A program made the position numbers and the translations under genes. From an uncultured Candidatus Saccharibacteria bacterium (GTDB lineage: Bacteria; Patescibacteriota; Minisyncoccia; Phycocordibacterales; UBA1006): DNA of 64,000 bases. The DNA lies in the NCBI GenBank assembly GCA_964350165.1, contig CAYGJA010000001.1, positions 86,823 to 150,822 on the forward strand. The letters are read 5' to 3'. The notes under the pieces are model-generated. The model ran no database searches, was not told where the DNA came from, and saw only the letters and a program-made list of their open reading frames with translations. Within the stretch, counting starts at the first letter, position 1, and each line of letters begins with the position of its first letter. Shown here piece by piece: positions 47,824-57,083 of this stretch.

Positions 47824-48603
47824 TCAGCTAGATTTTTCTTCTTTTGGCCACCATGGGAAAAAAGCGTTGGTAGTGCGCCCATAGGCGGCAAAGTCAGGGT
47901 GCTGGGACATTTTTTTCTCGAGCATCGGGATACCAGAAACCTTTAAAATCAAATAAGTAATCGTAATAGGTCCGATTACCGCTATCCACCCCATAGGTAC
48001 CGACAGTGCCACCAGCCAAATCCCCCACCACTGGGTTACCTCGCCAAAATAATTCGGGTGTCGGGTATAGCGCCACAGACCTGAAGTCATCAGCTTGCCT
48101 TTATTCTTGGGGTTTTTCAGAAACTGCGCCAGCTGCCAGTCGCCGATGGATTCAAAGCCAAAACCAATGAGCCACACCAAAATACCAAGTACTGCCAGGA
48201 TACCAAAAGAGCTACTATTTGATTGATTGATCATAAGCACCGGCACGCTAATCAGATACAGCAATACCCCCTGCAGTATGTAAATTTGGAAGTACGAACG
48301 CAGTACGAACCATTTCCCCCAATCACGCCGCCAGGCTTGGTACCGATGGTCTTCAGGCTTGCCTCGGTTGCGCCGATAGATATGCCAAGCCAAACGCGTT
48401 CCCCAAATCGTTACCAAGATTGATACGATGATACCCAGCAGACTGTACCCACCAGACAGACCAAATGACGTCCAAGCCAACAACACAAACCCCAGCCCCC
48501 AAGCAATGTCTGCCGCATCGTTGCGCCGCAGCACCAAAGACACCACAAACCAGAGGTTCATGTAAACAAAGAGAATAATGCCGAGAGTTACAAAGTAATT
48601 CAT
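47824..48603 (-). CDS. Polytopic membrane protein of the ICMT / DUF1295 / steroid-5-alpha-reductase-like methyltransferase-reductase superfamily
   Basis: C-terminal WRYTRHPNYFGEVTQWWGIW is the RHPxYxG signature of this superfamily. The start is taken at the MNYFVTLG Met, which overlaps the upstream gene by 4 nt. Confidence 0.5.
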   Translation of the reverse strand: MNYFVTLGIILFVYMNLWFVVSLVLRRNDAADIAWGLGFVLLAWTSFGLSGGYSLLGIIVSILVTIWGTRLAWHIYRRNRGKPEDHRYQAWRRDWGKWFVLRSYFQIYILQGVLLYLISVPVLMINQSNSSSFGILAVLGILVWLIGFGFESIGDWQLAQFLKNPKNKGKLMTSGLWRYTRHPNYFGEVTQWWGIWLVALSVPMGWIAVIGPITITYLILKVSGIPMLEKKMSQHPDFAAYGRTTNAFFPWWPKEEKSS

Positions 48604-49016
48604 ACACCCAACTTTCCAGCAATGAGGTAGGTAACCGTCGACACCGACCCAGCCAAAACCGCACCCCAAGCCAAATCAACCATCGTTACCAACAGCGGCC
48701 AGTCCTTGACCGTGGCCAAATTAGTCAGGTCATACGTGGCATAAGTAATCAGCCCAAACAACGCTCCCATCCATAAAACCCGCATCCATGTTCCCGACGA
48801 CATCGCCGGCGAAATCACAAACACCACCAAGCCAGCAATAAACAAAAGATAAAAAATAATCGCTGCTGGCCAATTGACCTGCGGGGCCAACAAAAAACCA
48901 ATCTGTCGCTGATAAAAATTCTTGGCCACTAATCCCAGCCACACCATATCGATGGCAAAAAATACCGGCAACGCAATCAAATATAATTTCCAAAACATAT
49001 TTTTATTATAGCCCAT
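48600..49016 (-). CDS. Small 4-TM membrane protein (DUF2177-like?)
   Basis: 138 aa, hydrophobic, translationally coupled to the downstream RHPxYxG protein. Confidence 0.45.
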   Translation of the reverse strand: MGYNKNMFWKLYLIALPVFFAIDMVWLGLVAKNFYQRQIGFLLAPQVNWPAAIIFYLLFIAGLVVFVISPAMSSGTWMRVLWMGALFGLITYATYDLTNLATVKDWPLLVTMVDLAWGAVLAGSVSTVTYLIAGKLGV

Positions 49017-49116
49017 ATATTTATTGCCAATCAGTCCGTAATCACCAAAGTCGTTTTTTTAGATGGAGATAGCATCCGCTGGAGATTGGCCGCACGAGGC
49101 TGGGGCAATGGAATAC

Positions 49117-49560
49117 TTATGCCTCAACAGAAGCCTCTTCCTGCTTCTCCTTGAAACTCAAATAATCTGCAAGGGCCTTGCCCTTTAACACAATGTTAAT
49201 ACCCTGTCCTCCCTCATCCAGTCTGTAGTAAAGCTTGACCTGAGTCGGCTGATCGTTCTCGTAGAATACTTCCACCGAGTCGGGATTTACCTTACCTTGC
49301 AAGGCCTCGATGAGTCTACTATTGTTCCCCGAAACGTGGAACTCTGACATGTGATCATAGGGCAGACTCCCGCTTTCGTCAGGCTTGATTTGGGAAAAAA
49401 ATGCCGCTATGGCTGCTTGATGAATCAGCGTTTCGTCTACATTTGTGTATTTTTTTTCTTGGTGTGATGGCTGTTCTCGGTTCATGGTGTTGCGATTATG
49501 ATATACGGTTAATAATAGCACAGCCGACACCAACGAATGAGTCCTTCGCACGCCCCCCAC
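49117..49560 (-). CDS. Hypothetical protein
   Basis: ORF only. The start could instead be the internal MNREQP Met. Confidence 0.35.
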   Translation of the reverse strand: MGGVRRTHSLVSAVLLLTVYHNRNTMNREQPSHQEKKYTNVDETLIHQAAIAAFFSQIKPDESGSLPYDHMSEFHVSGNNSRLIEALQGKVNPDSVEVFYENDQPTQVKLYYRLDEGGQGINIVLKGKALADYLSFKEKQEEASVEA

Positions 49561-49562
49561 CT

Positions 49563-50927
49563 CTATCGAACCAATCGATCATCAAAAACAGCAACCGGCT
49601 CGGCGGTCAGCGCTTGATCGCGCTCCATACGAGCAATATCGGCGAGCATTTCGTTATATAGTGGGGTTACGTTTTCGGCAAACGGATAGATTTCGGGGTT
49701 CGAGAGTACTGTGTCAAAAGCTTCATTAGCTCGAACAAAGCTCCCGTTCCCCCACCGAAGCATAATAAACTCGCGGAAACATGCTTCGTCGCGGTAAGGG
49801 TTGCCGCAAGTATCAAAAAACGCATCTTCTCGCGCCAAGTACTCTTCTTTGTCGAGATATGGAGTCACTGCATTAGCTGTATACCAAGCCAAAAGCCGGG
49901 CTGGGTAATCTGATTTTGAGTAGGCTGTCTGCATCTTCTCAAGCAGAGCAAAGGCGTCACTCAAGCGTCCTTCGAGCCAGGCGACGGTCACGCGCCGCTC
50001 GTCAGCATAACAAGGAAAGCCAGGTTCTGGCCACTTCTCACACTCAACCAGGTGCGCTTCGACCTCGTCATATCTCTTTTCTTCAATTGCAATATCCGCC
50101 AAAATAGTGTGGACCCACGGGTTATGTGGGTTAAGTTGTCGCGAGGCCAATGCCGTTTCTTTGGCGCGCTCGTAGTCCTCGAGCCAAAAATAGGCGCGAC
50201 TTTGATTGTACAGGGAATACGCCCGCTGCCAGGGCTCGGTCGATACACGTTCGGCACTCTTGGCGAGCTCCAACACGGCCTGGGCCGCCTCGGGAGAGAG
50301 CTTGGACTCGTCAGGACGCAAAAACCGAATCGATCGCGCCCGGCTGATATAGTAATCATAATCAGGCTGGGCGGCATTGGGCGTGATCACCATCGCAACC
50401 ACTATGACGCCCCCCAGAAGCACGGCTATTTTTCGCCACGACGTAATCGCACCTGTGGCGCGCAAGCCAAGCAGGCACAGCAGTGTCAATACCAAAATTC
50501 CAACCAACATCTCTGAGGCAGAAAACTGCGAAAACATAATGGGGATTGCCTCGTCTATATTGAGGCTCTGCACAACCGGACGCAGTGGCGTAAAAGCCAC
50601 CACCAATACACTCACGGCATAGGCCTCAAGCACCAACACAACCTTCATGGGTATGTTTTCTTCAATTGCCAGCCTACGCATCGCAGGGCGTACTTGCACA
50701 AACAACCATATTGCTGTGTGAGCAATCAAGGCCCCTTGGAACACCCCCACCGCAACTTCTTTGGTCAAATACCACACCGTATCCCAGCGCACCGGCATAG
50801 CGGTTGCCGAAGCGACGAGCGACAAGTCGGCCAACAGCCAGGCCATGATTACCGCAAAGACCCCAACCTGCACCACCGGCAACCACAACCAAAAAATCGC
50901 TGTTTCTTTACCTAGTTTTACGCTCAT
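49563..50927 (-). CDS. Membrane protein with multiple N-terminal TM helices and C-terminal TPR-like repeats; locally GC-rich
   Basis: About 8 TM segments followed by helical repeats with a TPR-like W/Y/A pattern (AYSLYNQSRAYFWLEDYERA...). Sampled 60-mers give about 55-65% GC against roughly 45% elsewhere. Confidence 0.5.
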   Translation of the reverse strand: MSVKLGKETAIFWLWLPVVQVGVFAVIMAWLLADLSLVASATAMPVRWDTVWYLTKEVAVGVFQGALIAHTAIWLFVQVRPAMRRLAIEENIPMKVVLVLEAYAVSVLVVAFTPLRPVVQSLNIDEAIPIMFSQFSASEMLVGILVLTLLCLLGLRATGAITSWRKIAVLLGGVIVVAMVITPNAAQPDYDYYISRARSIRFLRPDESKLSPEAAQAVLELAKSAERVSTEPWQRAYSLYNQSRAYFWLEDYERAKETALASRQLNPHNPWVHTILADIAIEEKRYDEVEAHLVECEKWPEPGFPCYADERRVTVAWLEGRLSDAFALLEKMQTAYSKSDYPARLLAWYTANAVTPYLDKEEYLAREDAFFDTCGNPYRDEACFREFIMLRWGNGSFVRANEAFDTVLSNPEIYPFAENVTPLYNEMLADIARMERDQALTAEPVAVFDDRLVR

Positions 50928-50999
50928 AGCACGAATGGATAATCACTCATCTTTGTTACCTAACTAACATTATGAATCCAGTATACCCTAGCCGCGCGT

Positions 51000-51908
51000 T
51001 CACCCCTCCACAAAAAAGTCTTCGTCGAGTTGCTTGATTTCGTAGGTGCTTTGAATTTGCACACCGATTCCAAAACGATACATCAAATCTGCCAACTGGA
51101 TCCCCGAGATTAGAATGATAGTATGGTGGGCTTCGCGCGCTTTTTGGATGGCCTTGTCGTCAAAGTCTGCCGTCGTAACAAAAATTCCTTTTTGCGTGTC
51201 ACCAGCCATAGCCCCGATAAAATTTCGGATGTCAGGCTCGCGGACTTTGTTTTCGGAATAGCGCTTGGCCTGTACGTAAATCTTTTCCAAGCCCAGCTGA
51301 TCCTGATTGATAACACCATCAATCCCGCCATCGCCCGATTTTGGCGTACCCAAGAATTCTCCGTACCCCATCTTTTGAAATAATTGCAAGACTATCCGCT
51401 CGAAGTCATATGGATCTACCTGTTTTAGCCTTTGCAACAGCTCGGCTTTGGTCTCGCGTTCCAGATTGGCGATCCCGCTTTCGATCAGGTCCGTTGGAGT
51501 TGATTCTTCGCTGTTGGCATGGTCACCATCTTCCGTCTCGTGTACAGCTTTACCTTTTGCAATTTCGTGCGCCTGAAAATCAGGGTCGCTCTTTAGTTGG
51601 GCTAGTGTGAGTGTGCCAGAATCTAGTACGGCTCGCCCCTTGTCGGTGATTGCCACTATTCCGCGCTCAGGGGACGCCAGCATCTTTGCTTGCTTGAGAT
51701 ATGCCTTGCCCCATCCAACCCGATTGAGCACCAATTGATCGCCAGACTTGGTTTTTTGTTGAAGGATTTCTGACGGCAGGTCCGCATAAAAGCGATCCCG
51801 GACCGCACGCCGCAAATCACCGGTCGCCAGGGGTCCGCTATCGGCCAACACATGCAATATTGGCAAAAAAGTCTCATGGAATTTTGGAAGTTTTTTCATA
51901 ATTGACAT
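51000..51908 (-). CDS. mrr: Mrr-family type IV restriction endonuclease (Mrr_N winged helix + Mrr_cat)
   Basis: Catalytic-domain pattern GTPKSGDGGIDGVI...YVQAKRY. Confidence 0.8.
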   Translation of the reverse strand: MSIMKKLPKFHETFLPILHVLADSGPLATGDLRRAVRDRFYADLPSEILQQKTKSGDQLVLNRVGWGKAYLKQAKMLASPERGIVAITDKGRAVLDSGTLTLAQLKSDPDFQAHEIAKGKAVHETEDGDHANSEESTPTDLIESGIANLERETKAELLQRLKQVDPYDFERIVLQLFQKMGYGEFLGTPKSGDGGIDGVINQDQLGLEKIYVQAKRYSENKVREPDIRNFIGAMAGDTQKGIFVTTADFDDKAIQKAREAHHTIILISGIQLADLMYRFGIGVQIQSTYEIKQLDEDFFVEG

Positions 51909-51913
51909 ATATT

Positions 51914-54877
51914 CTATTTAACACCAGCAGTCTTCCGAACAATAAACTCAAAAATGCGCTCGTTGACAAATTTTTTCAGCTCGGGATTTTCGTCCAGTTT
52001 TCGATACAGGTTAAAGTGCTCATCGAGCATGCCGACAAGGCGGTCCTGGAAGAGTTCGTCAAATTTAATCTTTGCTGCATCTGGGCTATTGGCCGCCAAC
52101 GACCCTTGTAGTGCTTCGTTTTGTAACAATGAAGCACTAAGAGAATTTAAGATTAGCTTATCTTCATTGGTGAATTCTGCTCCGTATCTTTCATTAATCT
52201 CTTTGATGATTTTTGAAAGCGGGTCTTTTTCATCACCCTCCTCGTCTCCGCCATTTTTCCCTGCCCCCATCGGCTCTAGGTCAGAATCTTCGTCATCAAG
52301 GATGATCTGTAATTCGTGCTTGTCTTTTATGGCATAAGAATCAACATCTGCCGCTTCAAGTACATCGATTGGCAACTCGGTACCGCCTTGCGGGAGCTTG
52401 CGCCGCAAAAACTTCAAGAACAAAAAGAGGCGCTCCAGATCAGGGTCTTCAAAGGTCACAATCTGTGACACAAACGCATATTTCCGTACATAATCACCAG
52501 CCCGTGACTTGAATTCTGCCATCTCTTGTTCGGTAAAGCGCTTGACAGCACGCTCTACAACCGCGTCCAGCGCAGCATTGAGGACCGAGGGCTGGGCCCC
52601 CATCAGATACTGATCCACAAATCCCCTCATTTCTAGGTCAGAAAATAGCTTGTAGCCCTGGATGTCTCTCTCTAGGTCGTGCAGAATATTCGGATCGGTT
52701 GCCTCAGATAGCAGCGTTGCCTTGTAATACGGCTGGAATGATTTTTTGATGTCTTCTGCACCATTGACAAAGTCAAGCACAAACACGTCTTCCTTGTCGT
52801 AGCGCGTACGATTCAGACGAGATAATGTTTGCACCGCACTTACGCCAGATAGTTTTTTGTCGACATACATAGAAGCAAGCAGCGGCTGATCAAAGCCTGT
52901 TTGGAATTTCTCGGCAACGATAAGAAATTTGTAGTCGTCTTTTTTAAACTCATTTGCCGTGTTTGCCTCGGGTACACCGTTCATTCCGGCTTCGGTATAC
53001 TCCAGTCCGCCGTCAACTACGGTGCCAGAAAATGCCACCAATGATTTGTAGGGATAGTTTTGCTCTGTCAAATATTCATCAAAGGCACGCTTGAATCGCA
53101 CCGCGTGCAAGCGTGACTTCGTCACGACCATTGCTTTGGCTTGCCCGCTGATTTCGCTGGCAATCTTTTCAGAGAAATGCTCGACAATAATTTTGACCTT
53201 TTTGGCGATAACCTGCTCGTGCTTTTCGACATAGCCCACCAACAAGCGCTGGGCTTTCTTTTTGTCATATTCGGGGTCTTCTGCCACTTTTTTCAGCAAT
53301 GCAAAATAAGTCTGATAGGTGGTGTAATTTTTGAGTACATCGACAATAAAGCCTTCTTCAATGGCTTGCTTCATAGAGTACAGCGAAAACGGCATATGCT
53401 TACCGGTCAGCGGGTCTTCTATTCCAAACAGCTCGAGCGTTTTTTGTTTTGGGGTTGCCGTAAACGCAAAAAAGCTGATATTCGGCGCATGTACTTTTCG
53501 CGCCTTCATGCGATCGATCAGCAAATCCTCTGCAGTCTTAAATGCTTGTTCGGCCTTTGTGTCTGCCTCGGCAGCGTCTTCTAGGGTAAGGGCCTGGCGC
53601 AAGTCTGCCATGCTGTCACCGCTGGTTGACGAATGCGCCTCGTCGATAATTACCGCAAATCGTTTGCCGGCCGTTTGCTCGATTGCATCCACAATAACTG
53701 GAAATTTTTGCAGTGTACTCGAGATTATTCTGGTTCCCTTCTCTAGTGCATCACGCAATTCAGCAGAGCTCTCGACGTGCTTTACCACACCATCGACCTG
53801 CTCAAAGCTTCGGATGGTTTCGGCAAGTTGTGAATCCAGCACGCGCCGATCAGTAATCACCACCACCCCGTCAAAAACCGAAGCATCACTCGCATCATGA
53901 AGCTCTGCCAGTCGATGCGCGGTCCAGGCAATGGTCATGCTCTTGCCTGATCCGGCACTGTGCTGCACCAGATAGTTCTGGCCCGCACCACGGGCCTGTG
54001 CATCTGTTACCAATCGCCTGACAGTCTGCATCTGGTGATATCGGGGAAAGGTCAAAACTTCCTTTTTTGACTTGCGCCCATTTTTATCTACTTTTTCCTC
54101 GGCCTGGAGGGCAATAAAGTTTGCCAACAAGTCCATCAAGCTACCACGACCCCACACTTCTTCCCACAGATAATGGGTCTTGTATTTGCCCGTGACTACG
54201 GGGTTGCCGGATCCATTATTGTCACCGCGGTTGAATGGTAAAAAGTATGTCGACAAACCCGAGAGGCGTGTGGTCATGTACACCTGCTCGGTATCCACTG
54301 CAAAGTGGGTCAAACAGCGCTTGAACAACAATAGTTTTTCGCGTTGATCGCGATCGCTCTTGTATTGTCGCATAGCATGCAGCGCCGTCTGACCTGTCAG
54401 CTGATTCTTTAATTCAACGGTAAATATCGGCAAGCCATTCACAAACAGCACCATGTCGATACTGTTTTCGTTTTGCTGACTGTATTTTACCTGCCGTGTT
54501 ACCGACAAAATATTCGCCTCATAATCCGCAAGGGTTTCCGGGTTCATTCCCGTTTGTGGCTGCCAATATGCCAAGCGGAATTTAACCCCGCGATCTTTGA
54601 TCCCCTCGCGCAACACTGCCAAGAGGCCACGGTCTGCGATTTCCCCATCCAATCGTTCCAGAAATTTCTGCCCTACCTCGTCGCCGTATTGATCGGAAAG
54701 TTTTTTCCAATTCTCAGATTGCGTTTTTTGTACAAATTCCAAAACCAGCTCTGTATCCATGCAGAGGCCTTTGTCGTACGCGCTCGCTCCGCGAGCGCGG
54801 TACCCGTGCAGGTTGACGAGCTCGCTTTCGATAAACTCCTCGAATCCTGATTCTTTTGTGTTAGTTTTTTTGGTCAT
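51914..54877 (-). CDS. hsdR: Type I restriction enzyme R subunit
   Basis: 987 aa; the SF2 motor motifs QHSAGSGKSMTIAW (motif I) and IIDEAHSS (DEAH) in an HsdR architecture. Confidence 0.9.
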   Translation of the reverse strand: MTKKTNTKESGFEEFIESELVNLHGYRARGASAYDKGLCMDTELVLEFVQKTQSENWKKLSDQYGDEVGQKFLERLDGEIADRGLLAVLREGIKDRGVKFRLAYWQPQTGMNPETLADYEANILSVTRQVKYSQQNENSIDMVLFVNGLPIFTVELKNQLTGQTALHAMRQYKSDRDQREKLLLFKRCLTHFAVDTEQVYMTTRLSGLSTYFLPFNRGDNNGSGNPVVTGKYKTHYLWEEVWGRGSLMDLLANFIALQAEEKVDKNGRKSKKEVLTFPRYHQMQTVRRLVTDAQARGAGQNYLVQHSAGSGKSMTIAWTAHRLAELHDASDASVFDGVVVITDRRVLDSQLAETIRSFEQVDGVVKHVESSAELRDALEKGTRIISSTLQKFPVIVDAIEQTAGKRFAVIIDEAHSSTSGDSMADLRQALTLEDAAEADTKAEQAFKTAEDLLIDRMKARKVHAPNISFFAFTATPKQKTLELFGIEDPLTGKHMPFSLYSMKQAIEEGFIVDVLKNYTTYQTYFALLKKVAEDPEYDKKKAQRLLVGYVEKHEQVIAKKVKIIVEHFSEKIASEISGQAKAMVVTKSRLHAVRFKRAFDEYLTEQNYPYKSLVAFSGTVVDGGLEYTEAGMNGVPEANTANEFKKDDYKFLIVAEKFQTGFDQPLLASMYVDKKLSGVSAVQTLSRLNRTRYDKEDVFVLDFVNGAEDIKKSFQPYYKATLLSEATDPNILHDLERDIQGYKLFSDLEMRGFVDQYLMGAQPSVLNAALDAVVERAVKRFTEQEMAEFKSRAGDYVRKYAFVSQIVTFEDPDLERLFLFLKFLRRKLPQGGTELPIDVLEAADVDSYAIKDKHELQIILDDEDSDLEPMGAGKNGGDEEGDEKDPLSKIIKEINERYGAEFTNEDKLILNSLSASLLQNEALQGSLAANSPDAAKIKFDELFQDRLVGMLDEHFNLYRKLDENPELKKFVNERIFEFIVRKTAGVK

Positions 54878-54881
54878 GATC

Positions 54882-55745
54882 TTATTCTTCTTTATCTTTT
54901 TTTTCTACTCCCTTTTTGGTTTTCTTTTCTAAAATCTTACTCATGCTCTCGGTAAAACTCTTATTTTCTTCTTTTGTCTTTACAAGACGATTTACCAAAA
55001 ATATCAACACCCCCTTCACAGCATCAGCATACTCAAGACATTCCTCATCTGATTCTGCGTGCAAGCCCTCACTCAAAGCAGAATGCAAAGCAGCAAGAGG
55101 GTTTACTCCGCCAGGCCGCAATGATTCTGGCAAAAGACCCTTCACGATATCGATTTTTTCTTGAGTTATCGTAGTCTTTTGTACTTCCTCCAAGGCTTTC
55201 TGATATTCTCCTTTTTTATCTTCTGGAATAAGCTCTCCAACAGATACCAAAAGCTCGTCAATGATTTCTTCCACTATACGGCGAAAATATGAAAATGCCC
55301 CGATACCATATCCTTGAGATTCACAAATTAAACCGCGCTTATAGTATTCTGACCGATCGCCAAGTGTTTGCTCGAGCTCCTTGTCAATATCAATACTCCA
55401 CCCTGGAATTTGACCAACTTTTTCTAAAACTAAGACATCTCGATCTTTGTCAATTTTTTCTTTTTGAAAATGTATCAAAAAGACCCTCAAACCTTTATTA
55501 CAAGAAGCACATTTATAACGCAAATCCCGAACTCGCCCATCAACAATCTCATTCGAATATTGTTCGTGATAATCGTTTACCATATTAAAAGTTTGATCAG
55601 AGCCACAAACAGCACAAAACATCTTAATAGCTGGTTTTGGTAAAGTACCTGCCTCTAAACCAGCCCTATGGCTCCTGTGCCAACTTTTATCAGTCTTGTA
55701 TTTTTTATACAGAGGATAATTTTCTAAAAATTCTTTATTTGCCAT
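54882..55745 (-). CDS. Unknown protein embedded in the type I R-M operon: N-terminal C4 zinc ribbon + alpha-helical C-terminal domain
   Basis: CAVCGSDQ...(27 aa)...CASCNKG forms a CxxC...CxxC ribbon. It lies 4 nt after hsdS and 4 nt before hsdR. No confident family assignment; possibly DUF4145-like. Confidence 0.6.
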   Translation of the reverse strand: MANKEFLENYPLYKKYKTDKSWHRSHRAGLEAGTLPKPAIKMFCAVCGSDQTFNMVNDYHEQYSNEIVDGRVRDLRYKCASCNKGLRVFLIHFQKEKIDKDRDVLVLEKVGQIPGWSIDIDKELEQTLGDRSEYYKRGLICESQGYGIGAFSYFRRIVEEIIDELLVSVGELIPEDKKGEYQKALEEVQKTTITQEKIDIVKGLLPESLRPGGVNPLAALHSALSEGLHAESDEECLEYADAVKGVLIFLVNRLVKTKEENKSFTESMSKILEKKTKKGVEKKDKEE

Positions 55746-55749
55746 AAGT

Positions 55750-57081
55750 TTATACTTTCACCTTCCCCGTCACCACATGCGAGATCAAAGAAGATTTAAA
55801 TTCTTGTAATAATTCGATCGACTTTTCGACTTTTTTAATTGATTGATCGTAATCTGACATTTTTTCTTTAATAAATTCAACTATTCTTTGCTGCTCAGCA
55901 ACATCTGGGAATACTATATTTTCTGTGAAATAGTTTTTTATATCTAAGTTTTGTATTCCAGTATTTTGCTTAATGTATTTTGTATTAATTCTTCCAGAAT
56001 ATAGTGTCGATAAATAAAAAACTAGAAATCTTGAAGAAAGAGTTTCTGGATCGACCCTAACAATATCTATGAAATTAGCACACGTCATTTTTTCATCAGA
56101 ATCAAAAAGTATCGCGCGACCAACCGGCGTCTTTTCGCCTCCGCCTGATTTCTCCACCAAAATGTCACCAGCCTTTAGGATTTTAAATTTAGAGATTCGA
56201 GGATTATTCCTTACCGTTTCTACATCTTCAAATGACAAGTTTTGATAATCAAAATCAGCAACACGTAAACACCTTATATCGTGTTCATCGTTTTCCATAT
56301 TATCACCCCAAACCCCCGATTCAATTTGTGTTACCAGATGTTTTATTTTCTTCACTTCCCATCCCTTCGGAATCTTCCCAATCCATTCAACACCACTATC
56401 AACCAACTCAACACTTGCATCCAAGCCTTTCGTCACCGCCTGATTGATCACCGCGGTGCGTTTTTCGCGCAAGAGCGCGATGAGCTTTTTCTTTTTCTTG
56501 ATCAAGCTATCAATCCGCGCTGTTTTCTCATCGAGGTAGGCGACGATTGATAGTTGGGTTTGTTTATCTGGTAAGGTAATGGGTAAATATTTTAAATTGT
56601 GAAAATTTAATGTCTGTCGAACTCCGCCACCCAGGTTGTAAAAAACTTTCTGTAGATCATAAGAGTGAAGCAGGTAATACACATACTTTTGCTGAACTTC
56701 GTTATGTAATTGCAAGCCTAAATATGCGGAAGTAATAATTCCACTTTGATCTTTCACAAAACCTACACGCAAACTTTTTTTGTCGTTCTGCAAATCAGTT
56801 AAGCGCAGAACGATATTATTTTTATGTACGATTTGATATGTATTAAAAGACTCTGGCAATAGACCCCCAACATGATCAATATCTTTTTGTACAATTCTCC
56901 CGTAACTAAGCGATAGTAAGTTTTGATTCTGGCCCTTAGTATTTTTTTCTTGATTTTCATCAGCGATTCCACGAAGATACTGCACCGCCCAGCCCCTCGG
57001 AATCTCACCCAACCACTCAACCCCCGAATCTTTGTATTCGGTATAGGTGTCGTATTGGTTTGTCAGCTTAAGTGTTTTCAT
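55750..57081 (-). CDS. hsdS: Type I R-M specificity subunit with two target-recognition domains
   Basis: Duplicated TRD architecture with conserved central and C-terminal helical repeats (LDEKTARIDSLIKKKKKLIALLREKR... / FIKEKMSDYDQSIKKVEKSIELLQEFK...). Confidence 0.85.
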   Translation of the reverse strand: MKTLKLTNQYDTYTEYKDSGVEWLGEIPRGWAVQYLRGIADENQEKNTKGQNQNLLSLSYGRIVQKDIDHVGGLLPESFNTYQIVHKNNIVLRLTDLQNDKKSLRVGFVKDQSGIITSAYLGLQLHNEVQQKYVYYLLHSYDLQKVFYNLGGGVRQTLNFHNLKYLPITLPDKQTQLSIVAYLDEKTARIDSLIKKKKKLIALLREKRTAVINQAVTKGLDASVELVDSGVEWIGKIPKGWEVKKIKHLVTQIESGVWGDNMENDEHDIRCLRVADFDYQNLSFEDVETVRNNPRISKFKILKAGDILVEKSGGGEKTPVGRAILFDSDEKMTCANFIDIVRVDPETLSSRFLVFYLSTLYSGRINTKYIKQNTGIQNLDIKNYFTENIVFPDVAEQQRIVEFIKEKMSDYDQSIKKVEKSIELLQEFKSSLISHVVTGKVKV

Positions 57082-57083
57082 AT

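Noticed and set aside
53141-53900. Plus-strand ORFs of 147 and 189 aa inside hsdR
   Set aside because: They are antisense to a confidently assigned 987-aa HsdR gene and have a low-complexity composition.
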